Part shown: positions 1 to 9,365 of the stretch, piece by piece | Numbering within the stretch: the stretch's first letter is position 1 | Layout: each line of letters opens with the position of its first letter | NCBI GenBank assembly: GCA_002708105.2 | Contig: PAOQ02000016.1 | Location: 2,272 to 66,271 of the forward strand | Reading direction: 5' to 3' | From: a bacterium | Lineage (GTDB): Bacteria; Desulfobacterota_D; UBA1144 | DNA: 64,000 nt | The notes under the pieces: generated by a model | Seen by the model: the letters and a program-made list of their open reading frames with translations, nothing else | What the model was told of the DNA's origin: nothing | The model's database searches: none | Made by a program: the position numbers and the translations under genes

Positions 1-794
1 TAAAAACGAATAAAATCAAAGGACTTGGTATTGATCTTGTGGCTATGTCTGTAAATGATCTAATTTGCACAGGTGCCAAGCCGCTTTTCTTCTTAGATTA
101 TCTGGCTACATCGAAATTAAACCTTAATTATCATTCTGAAATTATTAAAGGAATTGTTGATGGTTGTAGGTTATCATCTTGCTCTTTGGTGGGAGGCGAA
201 ACAGCAGAAATGCCTGGAATGTATAAGGGTAAGGATTTTGATCTCGCAGGATTTGCCGTAGGCATTGTAGATAGAAAAAAAATTATTGATCCAAAAAAAA
301 TTAAAGGAAATGAAATTTTAGTCGGTATTTCTTCCAGTGGACCTCATTCTAATGGATATTCTCTAATAAGGAAACTTTTTTTTAATAGAAACATTAGGAA
401 TTTAAATAATTCGGCTTTAATTAACTCTGTAATGAAGCCTACAAAGATATATGTAGACTTAATCTCTAGTATTCAAAAAAAGATTTCAATTAAAGGTATG
501 GCTCATATAACAGGTGGGGGATTAATTGAAAATATACCTAGATTTCTTCCTAAAGGAATGGGTGTTGAATTGATAGAGAAAAAATTACCTAAGGTAAAAT
601 TGTTTAAGGAAATTCAAGCAAAATCAGGATTAGATTTCAATGAAATGATTAGGATATTCAATATGGGTATAGGATTTGTTATATGTATTAATTCAAAAGA
701 TTTAGAAAGGTTAGAGAAAATCTTGAAGTTGAAAAAGGAAAAAGCTTATCTGATTGGTAGAGTAATCAAGAAATCCGAATTTAGAATTATTTAG
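1..794 (+). CDS. purM: Phosphoribosylformylglycinamidine cyclo-ligase (AIR synthetase), 3' portion; 5' end lies outside the window
   Basis: The frame is open from the window edge. Motifs 'GIDLVAMSVNDLICTGAKPLFFLDYLA', 'GGETAEMPGMY' and 'MAHITGGGLIENIPR' are typical PurM. Confidence 0.9.
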   Translation, partial: KTNKIKGLGIDLVAMSVNDLICTGAKPLFFLDYLATSKLNLNYHSEIIKGIVDGCRLSSCSLVGGETAEMPGMYKGKDFDLAGFAVGIVDRKKIIDPKKIKGNEILVGISSSGPHSNGYSLIRKLFFNRNIRNLNNSALINSVMKPTKIYVDLISSIQKKISIKGMAHITGGGLIENIPRFLPKGMGVELIEKKLPKVKLFKEIQAKSGLDFNEMIRIFNMGIGFVICINSKDLERLEKILKLKKEKAYLIGRVIKKSEFRII

Positions 795-1570
795 TAATAC
801 CATCCTTGAGGAGAATAGTTAAAGGTTATGTTTATGTTCAATTTCTTTAGCGTCCAAGCAGAAGGAAATGGTCCAAAAGGAGCAGCCTGGAATATCGCAC
901 TCTTTGCTTCTTTATCTAAATCTATGTAGCCTGAAGATTTTAAAGTTTTAATATTGTTTAATTTTCCAGTTTTATCTAAGGATATTTTTAATACAACTTG
1001 TCCTGTCTCACCTCTTTGAAGAGAAGATTTAGGATATGACCACGTCATTTCAATTTTTCTCTTAATTCTTAAAAAATATGAGATGTATTTAAATTCTTGA
1101 GTATTAAAGTCGACAGTGACTTCATCATTACTTTCAGGATCAGTTGGACCAGGATTAAATATTGTTTCTTTTTGCATAGTAGAATCTTCAGCTATCTTTT
1201 TTTCTTTATTTTTTTTCTTGTATTCTAGATCTCCAAAATCTTTTGATTGTTTATCATTGTTTGAATCATTTTTCCTAGACTCTTTACTTTGAATTTTCCT
1301 TAAAGATTTCTTATTAAGATTTTTAATTGGTGCTTTCTTAATTTTCTCATTTAATGCCTTATTAGAATTTTCTGCTAATCTTTTGGAATTATTATCTAAT
1401 TTATTTGAGTCAGGAGAGCTAATATCTGTTATTTCAAGATACTTTAAGGGTTTCTTATAACCTTTATTAAATAAACTATAATTTTGAAATATAAGAAAAA
1501 TAAAAATATGAATAATAATTGATATTAAAATAAATTTTTGCTTTTTAATCTTTAAATTAAATTTTTTCAT
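791..1570 (-). CDS. TonB-family energy transducer (N-terminal TM anchor, Lys/Asn/Glu-rich linker, TonB C-terminal domain)
   Basis: TM segment 'FILISIIIHIFIFLIF'. C-terminus 'YPKSSLQRGETGQVVLKISLDKTGKLNNIKTLKSSGYIDLDKEAKSAI..APFGPFP' matches the TonB_C pattern (YP..a...G.eG.V.l.f.i...G.v..SSG...LD..A). Confidence 0.7.
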   Translation of the reverse strand: MKKFNLKIKKQKFILISIIIHIFIFLIFQNYSLFNKGYKKPLKYLEITDISSPDSNKLDNNSKRLAENSNKALNEKIKKAPIKNLNKKSLRKIQSKESRKNDSNNDKQSKDFGDLEYKKKNKEKKIAEDSTMQKETIFNPGPTDPESNDEVTVDFNTQEFKYISYFLRIKRKIEMTWSYPKSSLQRGETGQVVLKISLDKTGKLNNIKTLKSSGYIDLDKEAKSAIFQAAPFGPFPSAWTLKKLNINITFNYSPQGWYY

Positions 1571-1846
1571 TTTATTTAATAAAATGTATCATTATGTGGT
1601 GATTAAAGCAGTAATTTTTTTCTTTCTTACCTTCACTATAATAACTTTATTCCAAAATTCAGAGGCAGCTTATTCCCCAAAACAGAGGTGGAATTATAAA
1701 AAAAAAGAAGATACTATTAATCATCATACATTGAATTTGAAAATTAAAGCAAAAAATCAAAGAATTACTTCTAATGATAGTATGGAGAAGATTAAAGGAG
1801 ATAAGGATGGTTCATATAAGCGCAGACCTGGATCTCCAAGAGAAAG

Positions 1847-2536
1847 ATGGTAGTCCCGAATAAGTTTAAATTTGTTACTATATTTTTATTTCTAATCTTT
1901 TTTATTAGTGGATGTTCCTGGTTATCAAAGGAATGGGAAGATCGCCCTAAATGGCTGATGCCTGATGCTTCAAGCTCTAAATATAATGATATAAATGAAC
2001 CTTCTGATATTACTTTAGTTTCTGGTTTTAATCTCACGTCAACTCCTGGCGAAGTAAAAGATGAAATAATGGCTGGTGGCCTAAAATATGAAAAATCCAA
2101 GAATGATAAGAAGGCGAAGTTGTTAAGTTATAGTTTTGGGGGAACGCTACTTAATGTCTCAAATCCTTTTACTTATAGTTCCTCTGATTCTACAGTTAAT
2201 TTTTTTGAAAATTCAATCTTATCCACCAGAGTCACCTTTAATGCATTGAATAAGGGAAACTTAGAAGAAATCGTAAATTCTTTGTATGAGATATTGGTTA
2301 ATAGTTATTCGTATCCAGAGTCTGAGAACTCAATTTACTCTTTTCAAACATACAGCTGGAGTAACGATGATCTACAGATTTTTTTATCTGTGGATGAGGA
2401 GAACAATAGGGTCTTAGTCACGGAAATTAACACCAAGCTAGAAGAATCAAGAAGTTTTAAAGAATTTAAGAAAAAATATATAGATCAATATCAGACTTAT
2501 GAGGAAGAGGTACGATATGGAAAAATTAAGCGTTAG
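1847..2536 (+). CDS. Hypothetical lipoprotein
   Basis: Signal peptide with lipobox-like 'LIFFISGC'. Long ORF with the local codon style. I recognise no family. Confidence 0.55.
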   Translation: MVVPNKFKFVTIFLFLIFFISGCSWLSKEWEDRPKWLMPDASSSKYNDINEPSDITLVSGFNLTSTPGEVKDEIMAGGLKYEKSKNDKKAKLLSYSFGGTLLNVSNPFTYSSSDSTVNFFENSILSTRVTFNALNKGNLEEIVNSLYEILVNSYSYPESENSIYSFQTYSWSNDDLQIFLSVDEENNRVLVTEINTKLEESRSFKEFKKKYIDQYQTYEEEVRYGKIKR

Positions 2537-4496
2537 CTATATCCTTATCAACAATTTCGGCAAAGTCTTCCATAATTTTATTTAAAGAATAATCTTTTGG
2601 GGTATACACAGCTCTAACACCAGAATTCTTTAATGTTGTATGATCCTCGTCAGGAATAATCCCACCAACAATTAAAGGAGTATTTCCACAGCCTTTTTTG
2701 TTCATTATTTCGATTATTTTTGGAACAACTGTAAGATGAGACCCAGATAATATACTTAGTCCGACTAAATCAACATCCTCTTGCTCTACAGTGCTAACTA
2801 TTTCGTCTGGAGTTAATCTAATTCCATGATAAATTACTTCCATTCCTACGTCTCTTGCTCTAACAGCAATTTGTTCGGCACCATTTGAATGTCCATCAAG
2901 ACCAGGTTTTCCAACAAGTATTTTTATTGGTCTCCCAAGTTTTTTATTAACAATTTTTACTCTATCACGTACTGTTTTAATTTCCTCATCATTAACATTG
3001 GATGCTATACCGGTTCCTGTTGGCGGTCTATATTCTCCAAACACTTCTCTTAATGCACCTGCCCATTCACCGGTTGTTACACCGTTCTTTGCACATTCAA
3101 TTGATATTGGCATTATATTATTGGAACTTTTTATAGCATCTTTTAGCTTACTTAAGCTATCCCCAACAAGCTTCATATCTCTATTCTTTTTATAATTATC
3201 TAGAGAAGTTATTTTTTCAGAAACAATTTTGTCATCAACTTTTTGTATTGATTCATCTACAGACAATGGTGACACTTCAGTCTCTTCAAAAACATTAACG
3301 CCAATAATTTTTTTAGTACCATTCTCTATTTGATGAGATCTCTTGGCAAGTGAGCTAACTAGCGCTTCTTTCATATAACCATTTTCAAGTGCTACAGCGG
3401 CTCCTCCCATATCATCTATTTTATCAATTTCGTTATATGCGGCTTTCTTCAAATCATTAACTTTATTTTCTATAACTGTAGAACCTTCAAAGATATCAGA
3501 AAATTCCAATAAGTCCGTTTCAAACGCAAGTATTTGCTGGAATCTTAATGACCATTGTTGATCCCAAGGTCTAGGCAAACCAAGTGCCTCATTCCATCCA
3601 GGAAGTTGTACTGCCCTAGCTCTTGCGTTCTTACTTAAAGTTACCGCAAGCATTTCAATGATAATCCTTGCAACATTATTCTCTGGTTGTTGCGCAGTTA
3701 ATCCTAGCGAGTTAACTTGGACTCCATATCGAAATCTTCTATATTTTGGATCTTCAACACCATAGCGTTTACGGCAAATCTCATCCCACATTTCAGTAAA
3801 TGCTCTCATCTTACATAGCTCTTCAACAAACCTAATTCCTGCATTAACAAAAAATGATATTCTTCCAACAACTTTAGGAAAGTCTTCTTTTGGAATTTGG
3901 TTAGATTCTTTCACAGTATCCAAGATGCAAATAGCATTGGAGAGAGCAAAAGCAATCTCTTGTACTGGTGTTGCTCCTGCTTCTTGTAGGTGATAGCTGC
4001 AGATATTGGTTGGATTCCATTTTGGTATGTTCTTATAACAAAAAACAATCATATCCGATATAAGCTGAATTGATTCTTTAGGAGGAAAAATATATGTTCC
4101 TCTGGAAAGATACTCCTTGAGTATATCGTTTTGAGTTGTACCTTGTAATTTAGACATATCAACACTGTCTTTATCAGCGGTAGCGCAATAAAGCGATAGA
4201 AGCCAAGCAGCCGTTGCATTTATTGTCATTGAAGTGTTCATTTTTTCGAGAGGTATGTCTTCAAATAGCTTGTTCATATCCTCTAGGTTTGATATTGGGA
4301 CACCAACTTTTCCAACTTCTCCCTCTGATAAAATATGATCAGAGTCATAGCCTGTTTGAGTAGGAAGATCAAATGCAACACTTAGTCCAGTTTGACCCTT
4401 TTTAAGATTTGTTTTAAAAAGTTTATTAGATTCCTCTGCAGTGCTATGTCCTGCATAAGTTCTCATTATCCATGGTCTATCTATTTTTTTATCCAT
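2526..4496 (-). CDS. Coenzyme-B12-dependent acyl-CoA mutase, single-chain (substrate barrel plus B12-binding domain); methylmalonyl-/ethylmalonyl-CoA mutase family
   Basis: 'PWIMRTYAGHSTAEESN', 'GQTGLSVAFDLPTQTGYDSDH', 'QNDILKEYLSRGTYIFPP'. C-terminal cobalamin motif DxHxxG ('GLDGHSNG'). 656 aa. Confidence 0.9.
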   Translation of the reverse strand: MDKKIDRPWIMRTYAGHSTAEESNKLFKTNLKKGQTGLSVAFDLPTQTGYDSDHILSEGEVGKVGVPISNLEDMNKLFEDIPLEKMNTSMTINATAAWLLSLYCATADKDSVDMSKLQGTTQNDILKEYLSRGTYIFPPKESIQLISDMIVFCYKNIPKWNPTNICSYHLQEAGATPVQEIAFALSNAICILDTVKESNQIPKEDFPKVVGRISFFVNAGIRFVEELCKMRAFTEMWDEICRKRYGVEDPKYRRFRYGVQVNSLGLTAQQPENNVARIIIEMLAVTLSKNARARAVQLPGWNEALGLPRPWDQQWSLRFQQILAFETDLLEFSDIFEGSTVIENKVNDLKKAAYNEIDKIDDMGGAAVALENGYMKEALVSSLAKRSHQIENGTKKIIGVNVFEETEVSPLSVDESIQKVDDKIVSEKITSLDNYKKNRDMKLVGDSLSKLKDAIKSSNNIMPISIECAKNGVTTGEWAGALREVFGEYRPPTGTGIASNVNDEEIKTVRDRVKIVNKKLGRPIKILVGKPGLDGHSNGAEQIAVRARDVGMEVIYHGIRLTPDEIVSTVEQEDVDLVGLSILSGSHLTVVPKIIEIMNKKGCGNTPLIVGGIIPDEDHTTLKNSGVRAVYTPKDYSLNKIMEDFAEIVDKDIANA

Positions 4497-4503
4497 ATTC
4501 TAC

Positions 4504-5553
4504 TTATTCGTTTGAACCTAAAATATCATACCCTGTGATAGATTTACTTTTTTCTGCCATAAGATCTAAGTACTCTTTTTCAACTAAACCAGCAAGATAT
4601 GCTTTTGATACTCTCATTAAAGCAATTTTGGCAGTTGCTTCATCAATCATCTCTCCTGTGTCAGGGTTGAACATCGATCCACCACCCATTTCGTGATAAA
4701 AATCTAGTTGTTGTTTAGCTTCTTTTATTTGTTGCTCATTAGGAGTAAAAGCACTATTCGATATAACAGCCTGTTGTGGATGAATAACCCACGTCCCGTC
4801 CATTCCAATTAAAGCAGAGCCCTCGACTTTTTTCCTTAAGCCTTCCTCAACTTTTTTTACTTGTTCTGGTGTATCGTCTTTTCTCCAAAGACCTAAGTAA
4901 ACATTATCTATTGCATGAAGTCCCGCAGCTTTTGCAGCTGTTATGACAGCTTTCTTTTCATAATAAAAGACCTCATTTTGAGCATCAAGACAAGCACTTG
5001 GATCTACCCCAAGTTCAGCTGTATAGTCTGCTATACCAAAAATTAGTCCTGCCATTCTCGGAGATGCTTTTGCCATATCAAAAGCATATTCAAGTGCTCT
5101 AGGTCTTTCTATTAAGGCCTCTATTGCAAGTTTTGTTTTCCATCCGTTTTTCGCTTCTAGTTCATCTAATGTATCAGAAACTAATTTTACATCTTCAGGT
5201 CCATTACATTTTGGTATTATAATTCCATGAAATTTATCTACTGCACCACTTAGGACAGCTTCCATGTCACCTCTAAAAAATTCCGATCTTAAGTTGTTTG
5301 GTCTGACAGTTATAACTTTTTTTCCAAAATCTAAAGTGTTAAGAGCTTCTACCATTGTAGCTCTACTTTTATCACCTTTAAATTCATAAGGACATGCATC
5401 CTCAAGGTCAGCCATTACGTGATCGACGGGAGTTTTTTCAGCGCTAGCTGCATTTGTATGTAACTTCATGTTATGACCAGGGTAAGTCAACTCTGTTCTG
5501 GGTACTACTACTCGTGTTCCTTCATCTAATATAAACAATATACTTTCCTCCAA
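4504..5553 (-). CDS. HpcH/CitE-family acyl-CoA lyase, malyl-CoA/beta-methylmalyl-CoA (citramalyl-CoA) lyase-like
   Basis: 'DLEDACP', 'IIIPKCNGPEDV', 'IEALIERPRAL', 'ASPRMAGLIFGIADY'. 349 aa, similar in length and layout to the long Mcl type. The track start is a TTG inside 'TTGGAGGAA'; a TTG 15 nt downstream (5538) has better SD spacing. Confidence 0.75.
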   Translation of the reverse strand: MEESILFILDEGTRVVVPRTELTYPGHNMKLHTNAASAEKTPVDHVMADLEDACPYEFKGDKSRATMVEALNTLDFGKKVITVRPNNLRSEFFRGDMEAVLSGAVDKFHGIIIPKCNGPEDVKLVSDTLDELEAKNGWKTKLAIEALIERPRALEYAFDMAKASPRMAGLIFGIADYTAELGVDPSACLDAQNEVFYYEKKAVITAAKAAGLHAIDNVYLGLWRKDDTPEQVKKVEEGLRKKVEGSALIGMDGTWVIHPQQAVISNSAFTPNEQQIKEAKQQLDFYHEMGGGSMFNPDTGEMIDEATAKIALMRVSKAYLAGLVEKEYLDLMAEKSKSITGYDILGSNE

Positions 5554-5562
5554 AAATAATAT

Positions 5563-6723
5563 TTATTTTAAAATTGCCTTAGCAATAACTTCATGTTGTA
5601 TTTCACTTGTACCTTCAAATATACTGATTACTCTTCCGTCTCTCCAATATCTTTCAACTGGAAATTCTTTAGAGTATCCATATCCTCCTAAGACCTGCAT
5701 AGCCTCACGGGTTACAAACTCAACTGCTTTTGCAGCTTTCACTTTCGCCATACCTGCTTCTAAGTCACACCTCTTACCAGAGTCTTTAAGAGAAGCGGCG
5801 TAGTATGTAAGTTGCCTTGCAGCTTCAAGCTCTACTTTCATTTCTGACAGTTTCATTCTGATCGCCTGATGTTCACAGATTGGTACGCCAAATTGCTCTC
5901 TTTCTTTAGAGTATTGTAATGCAAAATCAAAAGCAGCTTGTGCGACTCCAACAGCACGGGCGGCAGTTTGCAGCCTAGCACTTTCATAGCTAACCATTAA
6001 TTGGTAAAAGCCTCTATTTTCTTCGCCACCTAGAAGTCCTTCATCGGGAACAAATACATCTTCAAAAGCCAAGTTAAAGGATCTCATTCCATGATATCCT
6101 ACTGTAGGTATTGGCTCACCTTGAATATTCGGATGAACAATCTTCTCCGCAGATTCTTTTTCAACAAAAAACATGCTTAGGCCTTTATGTCGAAGAGATG
6201 CATCAGGATTAGTTCTAGCTAAAACCATAAGTACATTTGCTCTGTTTGCGTATGTACACCATGCTTTTGCACCATTAAGTAAATAGCCCCCATCTGTTTT
6301 TGTTGCTTTCATTATCATACTTGCAGAGTCAGAACCTGAGTCAGGTTCAGTAAAGGCAGCTGCTGGCAAAATTTTTCCTGTTGCAAGTCCAGGTAAGTAC
6401 TTCTTTTTTTGTTCTTCGGTTCCATGGGCTTGTAAAAGAGTCCCCATAATAACCCCTCTTGTCATAACACTTCCTACACTTAGCCAACCTTTGCTTAATT
6501 CTTCAGCAACAATAGTCATTGTGATATTATCAAGACCTAATCCATCATATTCCTCAGGAAACAACACTCCAAAGTAACCTTGTTCGGCCATTTTTTCGAT
6601 AATTTCCATTGGTATTTCAGCATTTTTAGCATCAAGCTCATTTGCTATTGGTTGGATTTCCTCGTCCGTAAAACGTTTAACCGCACTTCTAAATTCTTCG
6701 TGATCACTATTAACAAAAGACAT
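5563..6723 (-). CDS. Acyl-CoA dehydrogenase (FAD-dependent)
   Basis: 'AAAFTEPDSGSD', 'GGYGYSKEFPVERYWRDGRVISIFEGTSEIQ'. SD GGAGGG lies upstream of the ATG. Confidence 0.9.
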   Translation of the reverse strand: MSFVNSDHEEFRSAVKRFTDEEIQPIANELDAKNAEIPMEIIEKMAEQGYFGVLFPEEYDGLGLDNITMTIVAEELSKGWLSVGSVMTRGVIMGTLLQAHGTEEQKKKYLPGLATGKILPAAAFTEPDSGSDSASMIMKATKTDGGYLLNGAKAWCTYANRANVLMVLARTNPDASLRHKGLSMFFVEKESAEKIVHPNIQGEPIPTVGYHGMRSFNLAFEDVFVPDEGLLGGEENRGFYQLMVSYESARLQTAARAVGVAQAAFDFALQYSKEREQFGVPICEHQAIRMKLSEMKVELEAARQLTYYAASLKDSGKRCDLEAGMAKVKAAKAVEFVTREAMQVLGGYGYSKEFPVERYWRDGRVISIFEGTSEIQHEVIAKAILK

Positions 6724-6877
6724 AATTATACACCCTCCATATTATATCATTTAGTTTAAAACGGGATTAACTCTATCATAATTATACATTCCAGAAATCG
6801 AATGGAAAGAGTAAAAAAACTTTAATATATTAAAATTATATATATATTATAAGTATAAAGATTTTAAGGAGATTATT

Positions 6878-7345
6878 ATGGGATTTAGTCATATTAATAT
6901 TGAACTTGAGAAAGGAAATGTAAAAATTAAGCTACGACCTGATCTTGCACCTAATCATGTTGAGCGTATTACAGAGTTAGCATCCGAAGGTTTCTATGAT
7001 GGAGTTGTTTTCCATAGAGTGATACCAAATTTTATGGCACAAACAGGTGACCCCACAGGAACTGGAACTGGTAGTTCAGAGAAGCCTAATTTGAATCAAG
7101 AATTCTCAGATGAAAATCATGTAAGGGGAACTGCTTCAATGGCAAGATCAGCAGATCCAAATAGTGCGAACTCGCAGTTTTTTATATGCTTTGGTGATTG
7201 CTCTTGGTTGAATGGTCAGTATACTGTTTGGGGTGAAGTTGAAGAAGGTATGGAGTTAATTGATCAGATAAAGAAAGGTGAAGACGAAAGTGGTGTTGTT
7301 CAAAACCCAGATAAAATGATTAAAGTTGTACCAGTAGAAGGTTAG
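6878..7345 (+). CDS. ppiB: Peptidyl-prolyl cis-trans isomerase, cyclophilin type
   Basis: 'FHRVIPNFMAQTGDPTGTGTG', 'SMARSADPNSANSQFFI'. SD AAGGAG upstream. Confidence 0.88.
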   Translation: MGFSHINIELEKGNVKIKLRPDLAPNHVERITELASEGFYDGVVFHRVIPNFMAQTGDPTGTGTGSSEKPNLNQEFSDENHVRGTASMARSADPNSANSQFFICFGDCSWLNGQYTVWGEVEEGMELIDQIKKGEDESGVVQNPDKMIKVVPVEG

Positions 7346-7355
7346 GAAGAGAAAG

Positions 7356-7964
7356 ATGGATATTGACTCAAAAATGGAAGATATTGGAAAGAAATGGAAT
7401 AGAATGGCAAGAAAAATTCCTTTCCTAAGAGATAATGGGTGGATTTTTATGCCAATTTTTTATCTAGGGTTAATTGGAATTATCGTTGCAATATATTTTG
7501 TAATAAATGAGTCACATCATAATACATATTATAATAATGGTTCAGTTGATGGAGTTTCAATAAATTCAGATTTTAATACTGAAAAACCGTCATATATAAA
7601 ATTTTCATCTGATACAAATGAATATGTAGTTATCTCAAAATTATTAGATGCTAAAAATTTTAATTTACAAGTTAAAAAAACAAACTTGCAAGATTTAAAT
7701 AATGTTTCATCTTTTTATTCTGGAAACTTAGAAGGAACTATTGGAAGTGTAGGTTATTTTGCGTATAACGATATTGACTGTAATAAAATGAGAGCAATTT
7801 CTATTAGTAACTTAGGAAAGCACCATATGGTTAGTTCTGATAGCGGAGTGAGCCAGTCGCTATCATGGGAGTCCGATGATTACAGGTTCTCTTTTATTAA
7901 TAAGTATTTATCAAATGGTATTGAGCTTGAAAGTTTTTGTACTTACATAGTGTCTAATAAGTAA
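7356..7964 (+). CDS. Hypothetical single-pass membrane protein
   Basis: One TM segment 'IFMPIFYLGLIGIIVAIYFVI'. Lies 10 nt after ppiB. No family recognised. Confidence 0.5.
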   Translation: MDIDSKMEDIGKKWNRMARKIPFLRDNGWIFMPIFYLGLIGIIVAIYFVINESHHNTYYNNGSVDGVSINSDFNTEKPSYIKFSSDTNEYVVISKLLDAKNFNLQVKKTNLQDLNNVSSFYSGNLEGTIGSVGYFAYNDIDCNKMRAISISNLGKHHMVSSDSGVSQSLSWESDDYRFSFINKYLSNGIELESFCTYIVSNK

Positions 7965-7969
7965 ATAGT

Positions 7970-8725
7970 TTGGTGAGTAAGATTTTAGAATATTTAGATT
8001 TTCAGTCAGTACAGAATCAATATGAGTATCAAGATGAGACTAGTTTTTTTCCGCCCACACTTGAAACAGAATCTTGTTTTTCACGACATCTTTTAGTTAA
8101 TAGGTTTCTTCAAACAAAAATGCCGAAATTTTTATATTGGTCTATAGAAGCTGATCCAAATGTTCTAATGGATCCTTTTTGTATGGAAACCATTAGTTAT
8201 TGGACAGACTCTTTGAATGAATCTAATAAGGAAAATAAGGAAGCTATAAAAAAATCGTTACTTAATATAGGGATAGCTTTGAGTAAACCTAGAAATTTGT
8301 CTAAATCTTTTCATTATGAGACCGGGTATGTGCATTATTTAAGCGAGAAAACAGAGCCTTATATTTCATTTGAAGTTCATCCACCAAGGCGATGTTTTAG
8401 ATTGGTTGAAAGTTTTGAAAGAGTAGTCAGCAAAATAAAACAAATTGAGATTCTTGGAATGGATTTAAAAGTGGAGCTTGAGAATAAATATTCATTGGTT
8501 GATTTAAATGTTAATTTTTCTGATAAAAATCATGTAGCTGCACAAGTAATATCAAGAACCCATAATAATTTACAAAAAAACAAAAATGATAAATCTGATT
8601 TATTTTTAACTCCGCACATTGCAGAGGAGATTTATAAAGATGCTAAGGTATTTTGTAGAGGACTAAAGTATATTGTAGACACCTTTCAGATTGTAGATTA
8701 TTGGAGTCCAGACAAGAAGAGATAG
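7970..8725 (+). CDS. Hypothetical protein
   Basis: 251-aa ORF 5 nt after the previous gene. TTG start in the track, so the start is uncertain. No family recognised. Confidence 0.45.
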   Translation: MVSKILEYLDFQSVQNQYEYQDETSFFPPTLETESCFSRHLLVNRFLQTKMPKFLYWSIEADPNVLMDPFCMETISYWTDSLNESNKENKEAIKKSLLNIGIALSKPRNLSKSFHYETGYVHYLSEKTEPYISFEVHPPRRCFRLVESFERVVSKIKQIEILGMDLKVELENKYSLVDLNVNFSDKNHVAAQVISRTHNNLQKNKNDKSDLFLTPHIAEEIYKDAKVFCRGLKYIVDTFQIVDYWSPDKKR

Positions 8726-9267
8726 AAGAATTTTTTAAACTTATCCATACCTATGTAGATCCCAACGTTAATTCCAAATAGAAGAAATTTTTTCAATAAT
8801 GAAATTCTATCAAAATATGTTGCAATAAAGATAAATTGACAAATCCACATCCATCCCGAGATTATCAAGAATGCACCAAGTTTTACTTGATCATAATAAG
8901 TTACATTACATTCTGTTGTTAAAGATATTATTATTAATAAAATAGATCCAAATATCACAGGCGAAAGAGTATAGCTAAAAGGTTTCAATATTGCTGAAAA
9001 AGAAAGTTGCTTTGGAGAGCCACCAAATAATCTTCCAAATAAAGATAAAGCGAAACAGCTTATAATGATTTCAGTAAAGTAAAAAATAGAGCTAAAGTTT
9101 GATAGTGCATATTTGTTGTCAAAAATGTAATAAGCTATATCATCAAGAAGCGTAGCTAAAATTATAATAAACATTGCCCGACTTAAAGGAATATAATGTT
9201 TGTTTAATGACGCAGCCATATATATTTTGTTGCTTAAAAAGAGGCTTGATAATAGATATAAAATCAT
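8698..9267 (-). CDS. Hypothetical multi-pass membrane protein (about 5 TM)
   Basis: Alternating hydrophobic segments over the whole length. Family not recognised; Yip1-like topology is only a guess. Confidence 0.5.
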   Translation of the reverse strand: MILYLLSSLFLSNKIYMAASLNKHYIPLSRAMFIIILATLLDDIAYYIFDNKYALSNFSSIFYFTEIIISCFALSLFGRLFGGSPKQLSFSAILKPFSYTLSPVIFGSILLIIISLTTECNVTYYDQVKLGAFLIISGWMWICQFIFIATYFDRISLLKKFLLFGINVGIYIGMDKFKKFFYLFLSGLQ

Positions 9268-9365
9268 ATTGTTAAATACTCATTGTAATTTAATTAATCT
9301 TTATAGTAGTATATATTAAACGTTTACTTTTAATCTATAGTTAATTTGCCCCATGGAGATCGATA

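Noticed and set aside
1584-1853. 89-aa ORF with a hydrophobic N-terminus between the tonB-like gene and the lipoprotein gene; its stop overlaps the next ATG (ATGGTAG).
   Set aside because: There is no SD in front of the ATG and no recognisable family, and the region is needed as the promoter/leader of the lipoprotein gene. It is not excluded as a real small secreted protein, but it is too weak to list as a feature.
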